Of a DNA stretch of 59,154 bases, positions 48,768 to 58,068 are shown piece after piece (within the stretch, counting starts at the first letter, position 1; each line of letters opens with the position of its first letter). This stretch comes from a virus (Duplodnaviria > Caudoviricetes). The DNA lies in IMG/VR virus record IMGVR_UViG_3300044998_000560, positions 1 to 59,154 of that record. One strand, 5' to 3'. Under the pieces are notes generated by a model. That model ran no database searches. It was not told where the DNA came from and was given only the letters and a program-made list of their open reading frames with translations. The position numbers and the translations under genes were made by a program.

Positions 48768-49210
48768 TGGATAATTATGTGATAAGGGCCTCAGAAAAAA
48801 TGGAAGAGATGGAAACAGGTGCTCGCCGTGATTGTAGGGAGGGAAAGGGAAGATATGATTTGATTCCTCCTAAACCATTGAAAAGATTGGCATTAGTTTA
48901 TGAAAAAGGCGCCAATAAATATGGAGAAAACAATTGGAAAAAAGGAATGAAAGTTTCTCGTGTTTTGGATTCAGCACTAAGACACATTTTTCTGTATATG
49001 GAGGGAGATGATGTTGAAGATCATTTAGCACAAGCTGCTTGGAACATTTTTGCGGCTTTAGAATTTGACGAAACGGAATTAAATGATATAGAAACAAGAA
49101 AACGAAAAAACAATGCAGCAATACAAGAAGAAATCAAAAAACTTTTAACATTCGATGAAGAACAAAAAAAGAAGATGATGGATGTTTTTAAAGGGAATAA
49201 TAATCTATGA
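48764..49210 (+). CDS. dATP/dGTP diphosphohydrolase-domain protein (DUF5664-like)
   Basis: TGARRD...GKGRYDLIP, YEKGA.KYG..NW.KG, SALRH, EDHLA.AAWN. Confidence 0.8.
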   Translation: MMDNYVIRASEKMEEMETGARRDCREGKGRYDLIPPKPLKRLALVYEKGANKYGENNWKKGMKVSRVLDSALRHIFLYMEGDDVEDHLAQAAWNIFAALEFDETELNDIETRKRKNNAAIQEEIKKLLTFDEEQKKKMMDVFKGNNNL

Positions 49211-50907
49211 AAACATTTTATGAAAGAAACGATTATGTTTTGGATAATCCTGATGTGAATGTTTGTTTTGAAGATGTTTTGTTCTATTCAGAAGAAGAAT
49301 TTATATCTTGGGTGAGGAAGGTAAAGGATGCTATTTTATATTCCTGGGACACATTTGGGTGTCCTTTGAAATCTGGTTTGTCTGAAGCGGAAATTATAGA
49401 ACAATTTTCGCAATTGATTGATGTTGTGGATATGCATCAAACAAAAGAGGAAGCCAGAAAGATATCCAAAAAAGGTGTAAATAGAAGTTTTGAAACGATA
49501 GATTTATCGGATGAAACAGGAACAACACTTGTTTTTCAAAATATACAAAGAGATGGAACCGCGGTAGATCAATTTTTCCCAACAATGATGAAAACACGAA
49601 TCAATTATTCTATTAAGAATAATGGATATAGTGTTTATGATTTGTTTTCGGATGAGACTAAGTTTTCAAAATTGGTAACGATATCAAGAAAATGTATTCG
49701 AAGAGATTCATTTTATTATTTTAGTAGAACGGTAAATAAAAATTCAAACCAAGAAATTTTTAAGTGTGATACGGCACTCCAATTTATCGAATTGTGGAAT
49801 GATAAAAATAATAGCTTGAAGGAAAAAATGGGTCTTTGGATTGATGGGAAAAAGAAACCGAAATCCGATAAATCAACTGGATATTCGCAGGTTGAATTGA
49901 AAAACCAATTATTCTTTACAAAGGATGAATTGCTCCAGTCTATTATTGATGGAAAAATTTCATCAAAGCAAGTGAATACTTTGAAACAACCTCTTTCGGA
50001 TGAGTATCTTTATTATATTCGTATTTTTGAATATGGAAAGAAGGTGTTCCCGCATGCTTTTAGGGCATATAGGATTGGAGATATTCAGATTGCTGTAAAT
50101 TTCCCTCCAATGACAGCCAAATTCTTGATTGAAAAATATACAAGGCATATAGAAAATCAGGATGAGATTATATATTATGATCCATCTTCCGGGTGGGGTG
50201 GCCGCATCCTTGGTGCTATGTCTTATTATCACAAGCGACCTGATGGCTCTTATGTTAAACTTCATTATGTCGGTAACGATCCAAACCCGGATAATTATAT
50301 ACCAGAATTGAACAAAACGAGATACGAATGTGTTGCTGAATTTTTCAACGAAAAGGTGAAATCTAATCGTATTAATGTTGTTTTTGGAAATGAACCAATT
50401 AATACATATGAAATTTTTCGAGAAGGTTCTGAGTACATACACAAAAATCCAGATTTTCAAAAATATAAAGGAAAACTTGATTTAGTATTTACTAGCCCTC
50501 CTTATTTTGCAAAAGAAGCGTATAGTGATGATGAAAAACAGAGTTATAAGGCACATTCAACATATGAAGCATGGAGAGACAATTTTTTATACCCTACTCT
50601 AAAGACTGCTGTAGAGTATTTGAAAGAAGATCGGTATTTGTTATGGAATATTGCCGATGTTCAATTTGATGGTAGGTGGCTTCCACTTTTAACTGATTCA
50701 ATCAACATCCTTAGGTCATTTGGTATGGAAATTAGTGTGAACAAAATGGCGTTGATGAATATGCCTGGACAAAATAGGATAGGAGAAGACGGAAAACCAA
50801 CTTCCGGTTCATTTGCTCGTATTATTAATTCGAAAGGACAAGAAGAGTGGATAAAAACAGAACCAGTGATTGTGGCATATAAACCAAAAAGGAAAGATGG
50901 TTGTTAA
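49207..50907 (+). CDS. Amino-type (m4C/m6A) DNA methyltransferase
   Basis: Motif I YDPSSGWGGR followed by motif IV FTSPPYF, plus a long N-terminal region. Confidence 0.8.
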   Translation: MKTFYERNDYVLDNPDVNVCFEDVLFYSEEEFISWVRKVKDAILYSWDTFGCPLKSGLSEAEIIEQFSQLIDVVDMHQTKEEARKISKKGVNRSFETIDLSDETGTTLVFQNIQRDGTAVDQFFPTMMKTRINYSIKNNGYSVYDLFSDETKFSKLVTISRKCIRRDSFYYFSRTVNKNSNQEIFKCDTALQFIELWNDKNNSLKEKMGLWIDGKKKPKSDKSTGYSQVELKNQLFFTKDELLQSIIDGKISSKQVNTLKQPLSDEYLYYIRIFEYGKKVFPHAFRAYRIGDIQIAVNFPPMTAKFLIEKYTRHIENQDEIIYYDPSSGWGGRILGAMSYYHKRPDGSYVKLHYVGNDPNPDNYIPELNKTRYECVAEFFNEKVKSNRINVVFGNEPINTYEIFREGSEYIHKNPDFQKYKGKLDLVFTSPPYFAKEAYSDDEKQSYKAHSTYEAWRDNFLYPTLKTAVEYLKEDRYLLWNIADVQFDGRWLPLLTDSINILRSFGMEISVNKMALMNMPGQNRIGEDGKPTSGSFARIINSKGQEEWIKTEPVIVAYKPKRKDGC

Positions 50908-53297
50908 ACCATCTTTCCTTTTTCTGTGATGAGGTGAATAAATCTATTTAGGAGGATTCTATCCTTTTTTAGGTGAGTATAGTATTCTGATAAGTCATAA
51001 GTATGAATATTCTTAATCCCCAAAGAACTACCACCAGGGATTATGTAGTATTCAGTATATCCCTTTTCGAAACAGGTGATAAAGTTATTCCTATCATATT
51101 CTGCGGAAAGCAAAGTGATGTTCTTATTATTAATAAAATTGGATGCACGTTTAATCGTATCTTCTTTTCCGCCACCCGTACAAAAGAATCCGACAATATT
51201 ACATCCTGTTCTATGTCTTAATATCTCCGCAAAAACACGGTCACCCATTCCATAATCTTTTGCGTTATAGGTGAAATCCTTTTTTGTCACAGGATCATGA
51301 ATGATGATATTGTAGATATTCGAATCAATAACATTTTTCTGGTTTTTGCTATAATATGACATTAGGTTGGTTCCTACTCCATCAGTTAAGAGCAATACGT
51401 GGTTATATGTTGTCTTTCGTTCTTTTGCTATTTTTTCATTGATCACAATTGCCGTGATGAGTGTATCGGAAAGAGGAGTATATGTTCCGAGAAAATCTTT
51501 GTAACTCGCCACACCCGAAAAAACTCCAGTCGCCGCAAGCAAATTTTCACATGCTTCATGGAATTCGGCATATGTCATATCTACAGAAAAAAATTGTCTG
51601 AGAAGAAAACTTTTAGACACCATAATATCATTTTCAGAGTATTGAACCTGTTTCATATTAAAGGAAGAATGTCCGAATGTATATAGTTCAAAAGGAATCC
51701 CTGCCTTTTTGGCGAAGAGCGCTAAACAAAGAGCCTGTTCCACTGTATTGAGAATATTGTTTACCATAGAACCAGAGAAGTCAATAAAAGCGGTAAGACT
51801 ATGGTTTTTTCCGATATACTTGATTGTATTGGATTTGAAAATGTCATCCGAATACTTATAGTGAACAATTTTGGAAAAATCAATTGTTCCGGATTTTGCA
51901 TTTTTATCCTTTTGTTGCTCTTCCGCTTTCTTTTTGCGGTTAAATTCCGTGAAGAGATAATTAATTTTGTTGGTATTGTTTTTCTTGAAATCCAGAAAAT
52001 GCTTTTTTACCTCTTCAAACAAAGTGGGTTTGGTATCGCGGATGTATCTATACTCATTTAGGATTACTTTATAATTTGTTACGAAATCTTTTAGTTCGAT
52101 TTTTGGAATCTTTAGATAAAGATTGTTTTTCGCATTCTTATCCACCAAATACTTTAAATTCTCGGAAAAAGCTTCGTAGGTTTTACTTTTCGGTGCACAC
52201 ATTCTTTTTTTGGTAGGAATGTTATTTTTCTCGGCCTCAAGACTATTACTCGGTCGAATCATGTTTTTTGATTTCGATTCACCCTGTTCCCTATCTTCTT
52301 TAATTACATTTTGTTTGTTTTTGGATCCAGAATCTTTATATTCATCCTCATCTTCAGATACATTTTCATTTTCACCGGATCTCGATTCTGATTCATCATC
52401 ACCAGAGTTACTATCACCAGAATCATTATCAGAATCGTCGGATGATTTATTAGATTTGGATGATTCGGAATTATCATTTTTGCTTTCTGATTTACTATTT
52501 TTTGAATCATTGCTATCTGACTCTTCAGATCCTTTTCCGGAATCATTTTTCTCACCCTTTTCATTTCCCTTTTCGGATCCATTTTCTTCTTTTTTTTCCT
52601 TCCATTCCCCAGAATCATCTCCATCAACGAATTGCATATCGTTTTCGTTTTTGATTTGACTTCTATCACCGGCAGAATACTCGTAAATCTCTTTAGTCAC
52701 GGAAACAACATCAGACCAAGTTTTTGAATTTTGGATTTTATTCAAGAATTGTTTTTCTTCTGATGTAAATTCTAGGTTTGAGATTTCCGGGGCATTCATA
52801 CACTTAAACTGAAGATTGATTCTATCAATTAACGGGAGAGAATTTATGTCAATATTCCGGATTCTGAAGAAATCTCGTTCCAAAAGCTCATTATAACCAA
52901 TTTTAAAGTCAGGAATTAGACCCGGATACCGGATTTTAAAAAGACGTTCGATCCTTGCATCCTCAACAACATTTAGATAACCCATAACGATACTTTTATT
53001 ATTAGGATCAGGATCAATTTCGCTAATCGCTTTTTCGATGATATCTAGGGATTTCTTTTCTCCTGAAGATCCTGGACTAAAAAGAGCATGTCCAACTTCG
53101 TGCCCAACGAACATATTCCTAGTTTCTTGTTTTATATTATTGACGAAACAAGGAAGTGTTAGTGTTCTGGTTTCCGTGTTAAATGAAGCGGTATAAGCTT
53201 TTGCACTATGAATAACAGTTAAATTTTCAACCGCCAAAACTTTAGCAAGCACGTCTGTTGTTGTCGAGTTGCGATTGATTGTATTTTCTTGTTTCAT
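50904..53297 (-). CDS. CobT-like protein: HExxH metallopeptidase domain, acidic linker, vWA (MIDAS) domain
   Basis: TASF....R.L.LP, GHEVGHAL, NVVEDARIE, FIDFSGSM, TPL, LTDG; probable ATG at 53297. Confidence 0.85.
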   Translation of the reverse strand: MKQENTINRNSTTTDVLAKVLAVENLTVIHSAKAYTASFNTETRTLTLPCFVNNIKQETRNMFVGHEVGHALFSPGSSGEKKSLDIIEKAISEIDPDPNNKSIVMGYLNVVEDARIERLFKIRYPGLIPDFKIGYNELLERDFFRIRNIDINSLPLIDRINLQFKCMNAPEISNLEFTSEEKQFLNKIQNSKTWSDVVSVTKEIYEYSAGDRSQIKNENDMQFVDGDDSGEWKEKKEENGSEKGNEKGEKNDSGKGSEESDSNDSKNSKSESKNDNSESSKSNKSSDDSDNDSGDSNSGDDESESRSGENENVSEDEDEYKDSGSKNKQNVIKEDREQGESKSKNMIRPSNSLEAEKNNIPTKKRMCAPKSKTYEAFSENLKYLVDKNAKNNLYLKIPKIELKDFVTNYKVILNEYRYIRDTKPTLFEEVKKHFLDFKKNNTNKINYLFTEFNRKKKAEEQQKDKNAKSGTIDFSKIVHYKYSDDIFKSNTIKYIGKNHSLTAFIDFSGSMVNNILNTVEQALCLALFAKKAGIPFELYTFGHSSFNMKQVQYSENDIMVSKSFLLRQFFSVDMTYAEFHEACENLLAATGVFSGVASYKDFLGTYTPLSDTLITAIVINEKIAKERKTTYNHVLLLTDGVGTNLMSYYSKNQKNVIDSNIYNIIIHDPVTKKDFTYNAKDYGMGDRVFAEILRHRTGCNIVGFFCTGGGKEDTIKRASNFINNKNITLLSAEYDRNNFITCFEKGYTEYYIIPGGSSLGIKNIHTYDLSEYYTHLKKDRILLNRFIHLITEKGKMV

Positions 53298-53303
53298 ACT
53301 TGT

Positions 53304-53333
53304 ATGATATCGCCTTTGGTGCTTAATTGTCAA
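53304..53333 (-). promoter_or_regulatory. Sigma70-type promoter for the vWA gene
   Basis: Minus strand TTGACA-18 nt-TATCAT, then 6 nt to ATG 53297. Confidence 0.6.
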
Positions 53334-53438
53334 GGATTTTTTTCGCTTTTTCCTTTCTCTACACTCTACACATTATATAGTTGTATGATGTATCTATGTA
53401 CATATGATGGTGTGGTAGTAAAAAATTATAAATATTTT

Positions 53439-53467
53439 TTGACAACCGTGTTGTGGTGTGCTATATT
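53439..53467 (+). promoter_or_regulatory. Sigma70-type promoter for the CobS-like gene
   Basis: TTGACA-17 nt-TATATT with TG extension; TATAAATA also at 53427-53434. Confidence 0.75.
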
Positions 53468-53500
53468 AGAGTAGAATAGAAAGGAAACATACGACACATT

Positions 53501-54526
53501 ATGAGTTTAACATCTGATAGAAAAGTGGTTCCTATTCCAAAAGACTCCACCAAAAATTCCGCCGAATCGTTTGCACATTCGGATTTCGCCAAAGGAATTT
53601 CGTATGTTCCGGAGATTGATCCAACATTCATACCTTATGGGGATTATGAAGAGTATAAGTCCATTATCGAAAGCAAGAATTTTTTTCCATTTCAAATTTT
53701 TGGACTTTCTGGTTGCGGGAAAACATTTCCAATCGAACAAGCTTGCGCCATCACAAAGCGGGAATTGGTTCGTGTTCCTATCTCCATCGAAACGGATGAA
53801 GATCGTTTAATTGGTCACTATGTTTTGGAAAACGGAGAAACCAAATTTCAGTATGGACCTGTGGTCATTGCAATGATCCGGGGTGCTGTTTGTTTGTTGG
53901 ATGAATTTGACAAGGCGGGTCCGAAGCTTATGTGCCTTCAGCCCGTTTTGGAAGGAAAACCTCTACTCATTAAACAGACGAATGAATTAATTCATCCGAA
54001 AGAAGGATTTACTATTTGTACTACCGCTAATACAAAAGGTACCAGTGATGAGACCGGAAAATATATTACATCCAATTTGATGGATGAGGCTCTCCTAGAG
54101 AGGTTTGTGTTACTCTATGAAGCTGATTTTCCTCCCGAGGAAACAGAAAAGAATATCATTTTAAGAATGATTAGTAAATATGGTCTTGATCCAAAGGAAC
54201 ATAAAACTTTTGCCAAATGTTTGGCAAAATGGGCTCAACAAATACGGATGACGTATAGGCAGGGAGAAAGTATGGATGTTATCTCCACGCGCCGTATTGG
54301 TCATATTGTAGCAACATATGCTTTAGTTACTGGTGGAAAAGACCGTTTGGGGGCGATCAAGCGTTGTTTGAACCGGTTTTCACCTGAGGTTGCCGAGGCA
54401 TGGGCCACCGCTTATCGGGCAATTGACGCAGAATGTATCCCGAAAGGAAGCATTGATTCGAAAAATGTTGTTGATCTCGGAAAACAAGCATTTAATCAGA
54501 GGAATCAAAACTTCAAACCTTGGTAG
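53501..54526 (+). CDS. cobS: CobS/MoxR-family AAA+ ATPase
   Basis: GLSGCGKT, ETDED.LIG, GPV..AM.RGA..LLDE.D, TANTKG, LERF, ISTRR. Confidence 0.9.
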   Translation: MSLTSDRKVVPIPKDSTKNSAESFAHSDFAKGISYVPEIDPTFIPYGDYEEYKSIIESKNFFPFQIFGLSGCGKTFPIEQACAITKRELVRVPISIETDEDRLIGHYVLENGETKFQYGPVVIAMIRGAVCLLDEFDKAGPKLMCLQPVLEGKPLLIKQTNELIHPKEGFTICTTANTKGTSDETGKYITSNLMDEALLERFVLLYEADFPPEETEKNIILRMISKYGLDPKEHKTFAKCLAKWAQQIRMTYRQGESMDVISTRRIGHIVATYALVTGGKDRLGAIKRCLNRFSPEVAEAWATAYRAIDAECIPKGSIDSKNVVDLGKQAFNQRNQNFKPW

Positions 54527-54585
54527 AAAATTACGACAAAAATGGAGAAACAAAACATCATTACATTAAAATGAATCATGTATAA

Positions 54586-54629
54586 TGGGAGTATCTTTTT
54601 TTACATAAAATACTCCCAGCATTTTTTTT
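54586..54629 (+). terminator. Probable intrinsic terminator after cobS
   Basis: TGGGAGTAT...ATACTCCCA stem followed by T runs. Confidence 0.6.
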
Positions 54630-54655
54630 CTGTTTTTTTTTTTTGTTTTGAAAAT

Positions 54656-54684
54656 TTGACAAATTAAATTATTATTAGTATAAT
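54656..54684 (+). promoter_or_regulatory. Consensus sigma70 promoter
   Basis: TTGACA-17 nt-TATAAT with an upstream T-rich tract. Confidence 0.88.
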
Positions 54685-54702
54685 AGAATAAAGAGGAAAG
54701 AT

Positions 54703-54978
54703 ATGGAAGAAAAGGGACATAAGTATAAGGAAATCGAAACACTCAAAGAAATTGAGGAATATATCATCAAAACATATGCGGAGCACTATGTTGGTAATAA
54801 AGGTATTCAAGTGATGGATTTGCTATTAGCAAACGAGCCCACGGGTTTAGAATATGCTCGTGGTAATGTAGTAAAATATGTCATGAGATATGGGAAAAAG
54901 GGAGGTTATGAGCGGAAAGATTTATTGAAAGCAGCACATTATCTCCTTTTTATGCTCTATAACGATTCTACATTATAA
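54703..54978 (+). CDS. DUF3310-like protein
   Basis: YI..TY..HY, IQ..DL, GNV.KY..RYGKK.G..RKDLLKA.HY. Confidence 0.75.
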   Translation: MEEKGHKYKEIETLKEIEEYIIKTYAEHYVGNKGIQVMDLLLANEPTGLEYARGNVVKYVMRYGKKGGYERKDLLKAAHYLLFMLYNDSTL

Positions 54979-54990
54979 AGGAGAAAATGG

Positions 54991-55653
54991 ATGAAATTAA
55001 GTAAAACAACATTAGATGTATTGAAAAATTTTAGCGAAATTAATTCCGGTTTGTTGATTGAAGCGGGAAATGTGGTAAGAACAAAGCACCCATCCGACAC
55101 AATTCATGCCATATATACCTCAGAAGAAGAATTCCCAAATAGAGTAGCAATCTACGATCTTAATATTTTCTTGGGTGTGATTTCTGTATTTGATTCACCA
55201 AATTTCGATTTTCGGAAAGAATGTGTTGTTATTTCCGAAGAGTATGATCCTGAATCAGAGAATACAATTTTATATTGTAAACCGGAATTTATTGTTTCGG
55301 CTAACAAAATCAACCCTCCTCCATTTGAAATTTGTTTTGAATTGGAAAAAGATGTTTTTGGAAAAATTGATAAACTTGCTAGAATCCAAGAGTTAGATTC
55401 TTATATTTTTGAAGGGAAAGATGGGAAGTTATTTTTGCGTGTTGGAAAGGAAAAGAATTCCGAATCGAATTCCTTTGTCATGAAAATTGGTGATAATACT
55501 TACGGTAAGGATTTTCGTTGTATATTTTCAACAGAAAACTTTTTATTTTTACCCGGTCATTATACAGTATCCATTTCGACAAAGAGAATTGCTAAATTTT
55601 CACATAAAGATGTGGCATTAGAGTATTATGTGATGGCGAAATTTGATAAATAA
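54991..55653 (+). CDS. gp45: Sliding clamp gp45
   Basis: MKLSKTTLDVLKNFSEINSGL.I..GN, AIYDLN.FL, N...LPG.Y.V.IS, LEYY. Confidence 0.93.
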   Translation: MKLSKTTLDVLKNFSEINSGLLIEAGNVVRTKHPSDTIHAIYTSEEEFPNRVAIYDLNIFLGVISVFDSPNFDFRKECVVISEEYDPESENTILYCKPEFIVSANKINPPPFEICFELEKDVFGKIDKLARIQELDSYIFEGKDGKLFLRVGKEKNSESNSFVMKIGDNTYGKDFRCIFSTENFLFLPGHYTVSISTKRIAKFSHKDVALEYYVMAKFDK

Positions 55654-55657
55654 ATTT

Positions 55658-55942
55658 ATGAAAGAACAAAAAAGAATTGCAAAGATACATTGCTATTCCT
55701 GTGGAAAAAAGAGAAATAGCGACATTTTTATCCAATCAAATGTTAAGGATGAAAATGGAAACGTACGAACACTAAAATTAAAATTACCACAGTTGTTGTA
55801 TATATTAAAGAACAAAAATTTAGAAACATCATTGCTCAGAGGTGGAGCATTTATTTCTATTTGTCCGGTTTGTAATACAGCTACTCCTTTTATGGTAAAT
55901 AAAAATAGAAAATTAACCATAATTGAAGATATGTTGATTTAA
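55658..55942 (+). CDS. Hypothetical zinc-ribbon protein
   Basis: CYSC...CPVC pairs; probable ATG at 55658. Confidence 0.55.
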   Translation: MKEQKRIAKIHCYSCGKKRNSDIFIQSNVKDENGNVRTLKLKLPQLLYILKNKNLETSLLRGGAFISICPVCNTATPFMVNKNRKLTIIEDMLI

Positions 55943-55962
55943 TTTAAAGAATTTGATATAAT
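55934..55962 (+). promoter_or_regulatory. Sigma70-type promoter for gp44
   Basis: TTGATT-17 nt-TATAAT with TG extension; ATG 7 nt later. Confidence 0.65.
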
Positions 55963-55969
55963 AATTACT

Positions 55970-56920
55970 ATGAAAATAAATGAAAATGAAAACATCTTGT
56001 GGGTAGAAAAATATCGTCCAACATATATTGACGATTGTATTCTACCCAAATCTCTTAAAGAAGTTTTTAGAGCATATCGTGATAAACAAGAATTACAAAA
56101 TATGCTTTTATCAGGACCTCCAGGAATCGGAAAAACGACCGTAGCAAAAGCGCTTTGTTTAGAAACCGATTCTCCGCACATCATAATCAACGCATCGGAA
56201 AGCGGAAATATTGATACATTAAGGACAACAATTCGAGATTTTGCTTCAACTGTTTCTTTTTCAGGAAAAAGAAAGGTAGTAATTTTGGATGAAGCAGATT
56301 ATCTAAATGCCAATTCAACGCAACCCGCGTTGCGCGGTTTTATGGAAGAATTTTCAACAAATTGTGCCTTTTTTCTAACATGTAATTTCAAAAACAAAAT
56401 TATTACTCCATTACATGGAAGAACTACAGTTATTGATTTTCGTATTGATAAAAAGGAAAAACCAGACATAGCAAAACAATTCTTCGATAGAATGATATTC
56501 ATTTTGGATAATGAAAATATTGAATATGATGTAAAGGTTCTTGAGGAATTGGTTATCAATTTTTTCCCGGATTTTCGTAGAGCAATCAATGAATTACAGA
56601 GGTATTCGCAAACCGGAAAAATAGATTCAGGTATATTAAGTTCATTATCAGAAATCCAAATTAAATCATTAATTAAACATTTAAAAGACAAAGATTGGAA
56701 GGGAATGCGTTCTTGGGTCGTACAAAATTTGGATAATGATCCTACAAGAATTTTTAGAGCGATATATGATTCAATGTATGATTATGTGAAACCATCGAGT
56801 ATTCCTCCTCTCGTTCTCATTTTAAATGATGGACAAAGGAATCACTCTTTTGTGGCCGATCCTGAAATCAATATGGTTTCCACATTAACACAGATAATGG
56901 GAGAGATAGAATTTAAATAA
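55970..56920 (+). CDS. gp44: Clamp loader large subunit gp44
   Basis: LWVEKYRP, GPPGIGKTT, ILDEADYL, QPALRGFMEEFS.NC.F.LTCNFKN, FPDFRR.INELQRY. Confidence 0.97.
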   Translation: MKINENENILWVEKYRPTYIDDCILPKSLKEVFRAYRDKQELQNMLLSGPPGIGKTTVAKALCLETDSPHIIINASESGNIDTLRTTIRDFASTVSFSGKRKVVILDEADYLNANSTQPALRGFMEEFSTNCAFFLTCNFKNKIITPLHGRTTVIDFRIDKKEKPDIAKQFFDRMIFILDNENIEYDVKVLEELVINFFPDFRRAINELQRYSQTGKIDSGILSSLSEIQIKSLIKHLKDKDWKGMRSWVVQNLDNDPTRIFRAIYDSMYDYVKPSSIPPLVLILNDGQRNHSFVADPEINMVSTLTQIMGEIEFK

Positions 56921-56943
56921 AAATTGAAAAAGGATGATAAATT

Positions 56944-57486
56944 ATGTATAGGAATGAAATGGTAGATTTTTTTGATGATCCTGTGACGGATTATTTTAAT
57001 CCTATTCGAATGATGAATATGAAAAAAATAGATCCTTCTACATATGCTCAATTATTGGGGAAGAAAAATGAAGAATTTCAAATGAATTATTTAAGAAATG
57101 TATATGGAATTCGTGTGATACAGGAAGATAATAATTTTGCTGCTTGGGATTTTATAGTTTTGTTTGGAAGAGAATCGAGGCGTTTGAGAATACAATCAAA
57201 ATTGCGATTGTCTAAAAATATGAGAATAACAAAACGCACAATGAGAGAAGGACATGGTTCTTATAATTGTGATGACTTCGAATATCTTATGATTACAAGA
57301 AATTTGCATGATACGGAGAAAGGTATTTTATCTAGTAAAGGTATTATTTTTATTCCTTCTTATGAATTAAAAGTAAGATCAAATTCTAAAAATTTAATTA
57401 CAGATGTTCCAAAACATATAGCAGACGCATATACCGGAAAGAACATAAGAGAAATCATCACAAAAACATATAAGAATTTTGATTAA
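56944..57486 (+). CDS. Putative free-standing PD-(D/E)XK endonuclease
   Basis: E...WDFIV......RIQSK pattern, then DFEYL and FIP; inserted between gp44 and gp62. Confidence 0.5.
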   Translation: MYRNEMVDFFDDPVTDYFNPIRMMNMKKIDPSTYAQLLGKKNEEFQMNYLRNVYGIRVIQEDNNFAAWDFIVLFGRESRRLRIQSKLRLSKNMRITKRTMREGHGSYNCDDFEYLMITRNLHDTEKGILSSKGIIFIPSYELKVRSNSKNLITDVPKHIADAYTGKNIREIITKTYKNFD

Positions 57487-57633
57487 ATTCGGATAATTTT
57501 AGTTATATATGAAAAATGAAAGAGGTTTTCTAGAAATTTATTGTTATTGAAATAAATCATCAATATTTCCAAATAGAGAAAAGTATAATAGAAGAAGTAA
57601 GAAAGGAACAAAATAATACATTGAAAGAATTTT

Positions 57634-58068
57634 ATGCCTGAATTAAAAGATTGGTTAAATAGCATAAATAAGAAAACATGTAATTTACTCGAAGATGATG
57701 AAGCCGGATTAAAAGAACAAACGTATCTACCTTTTATTATAAATCGTTGTTTATCATATTATCCAGATTTGATTTTTCTTGTAAATGAAATGAATAGCCG
57801 TGCAGAAATGGATTTCAAATTACAATATGATTTTTTATTCCATACTATTTCAAAAGCAAACCGCTTTTCACCTTGGCAAAAAAAGGAAAAAGATGAAGCC
57901 ATAGAGGCCATAAAAGAATATTATGGTTATTCGGAAAAGAAGGCGCAAGATGTGAAAAATGTAATTTCAAAAAACCAACTCACATATATATTAGAGAGGA
58001 TAAGTGAAAAAAAGATGGTTATGGAAAAACAAAAACCTCGCATTAAAAAGGAGAAGAAAGCGAAATGA
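57634..58068 (+). CDS. gp62: Clamp loader small subunit gp62
   Basis: ELKDWLNSIN, YLPFIINRCLS, NEMN, LQYDF, RFSPW.KK, IKEYYGYS..KA. Confidence 0.94.
   Translation: MPELKDWLNSINKKTCNLLEDDEAGLKEQTYLPFIINRCLSYYPDLIFLVNEMNSRAEMDFKLQYDFLFHTISKANRFSPWQKKEKDEAIEAIKEYYGYSEKKAQDVKNVISKNQLTYILERISEKKMVMEKQKPRIKKEKKAK

Noticed and set aside
53298-53333. TTG start at 53333 for the vWA gene (also the track's early starts at 13870, 23320, 27173, 29122, 35336)
   Set aside because: That TTG is the -35 box TTGACA. In the other cases downstream ATGs fit RBS position, paralogue alignment or overlap patterns better.
53501-54526. CobS as a cobalamin-biosynthesis auxiliary metabolic gene
   Set aside because: No CobN or other cob genes are present. 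Pairing with a vWA protein indicates a MoxR-type chaperone.
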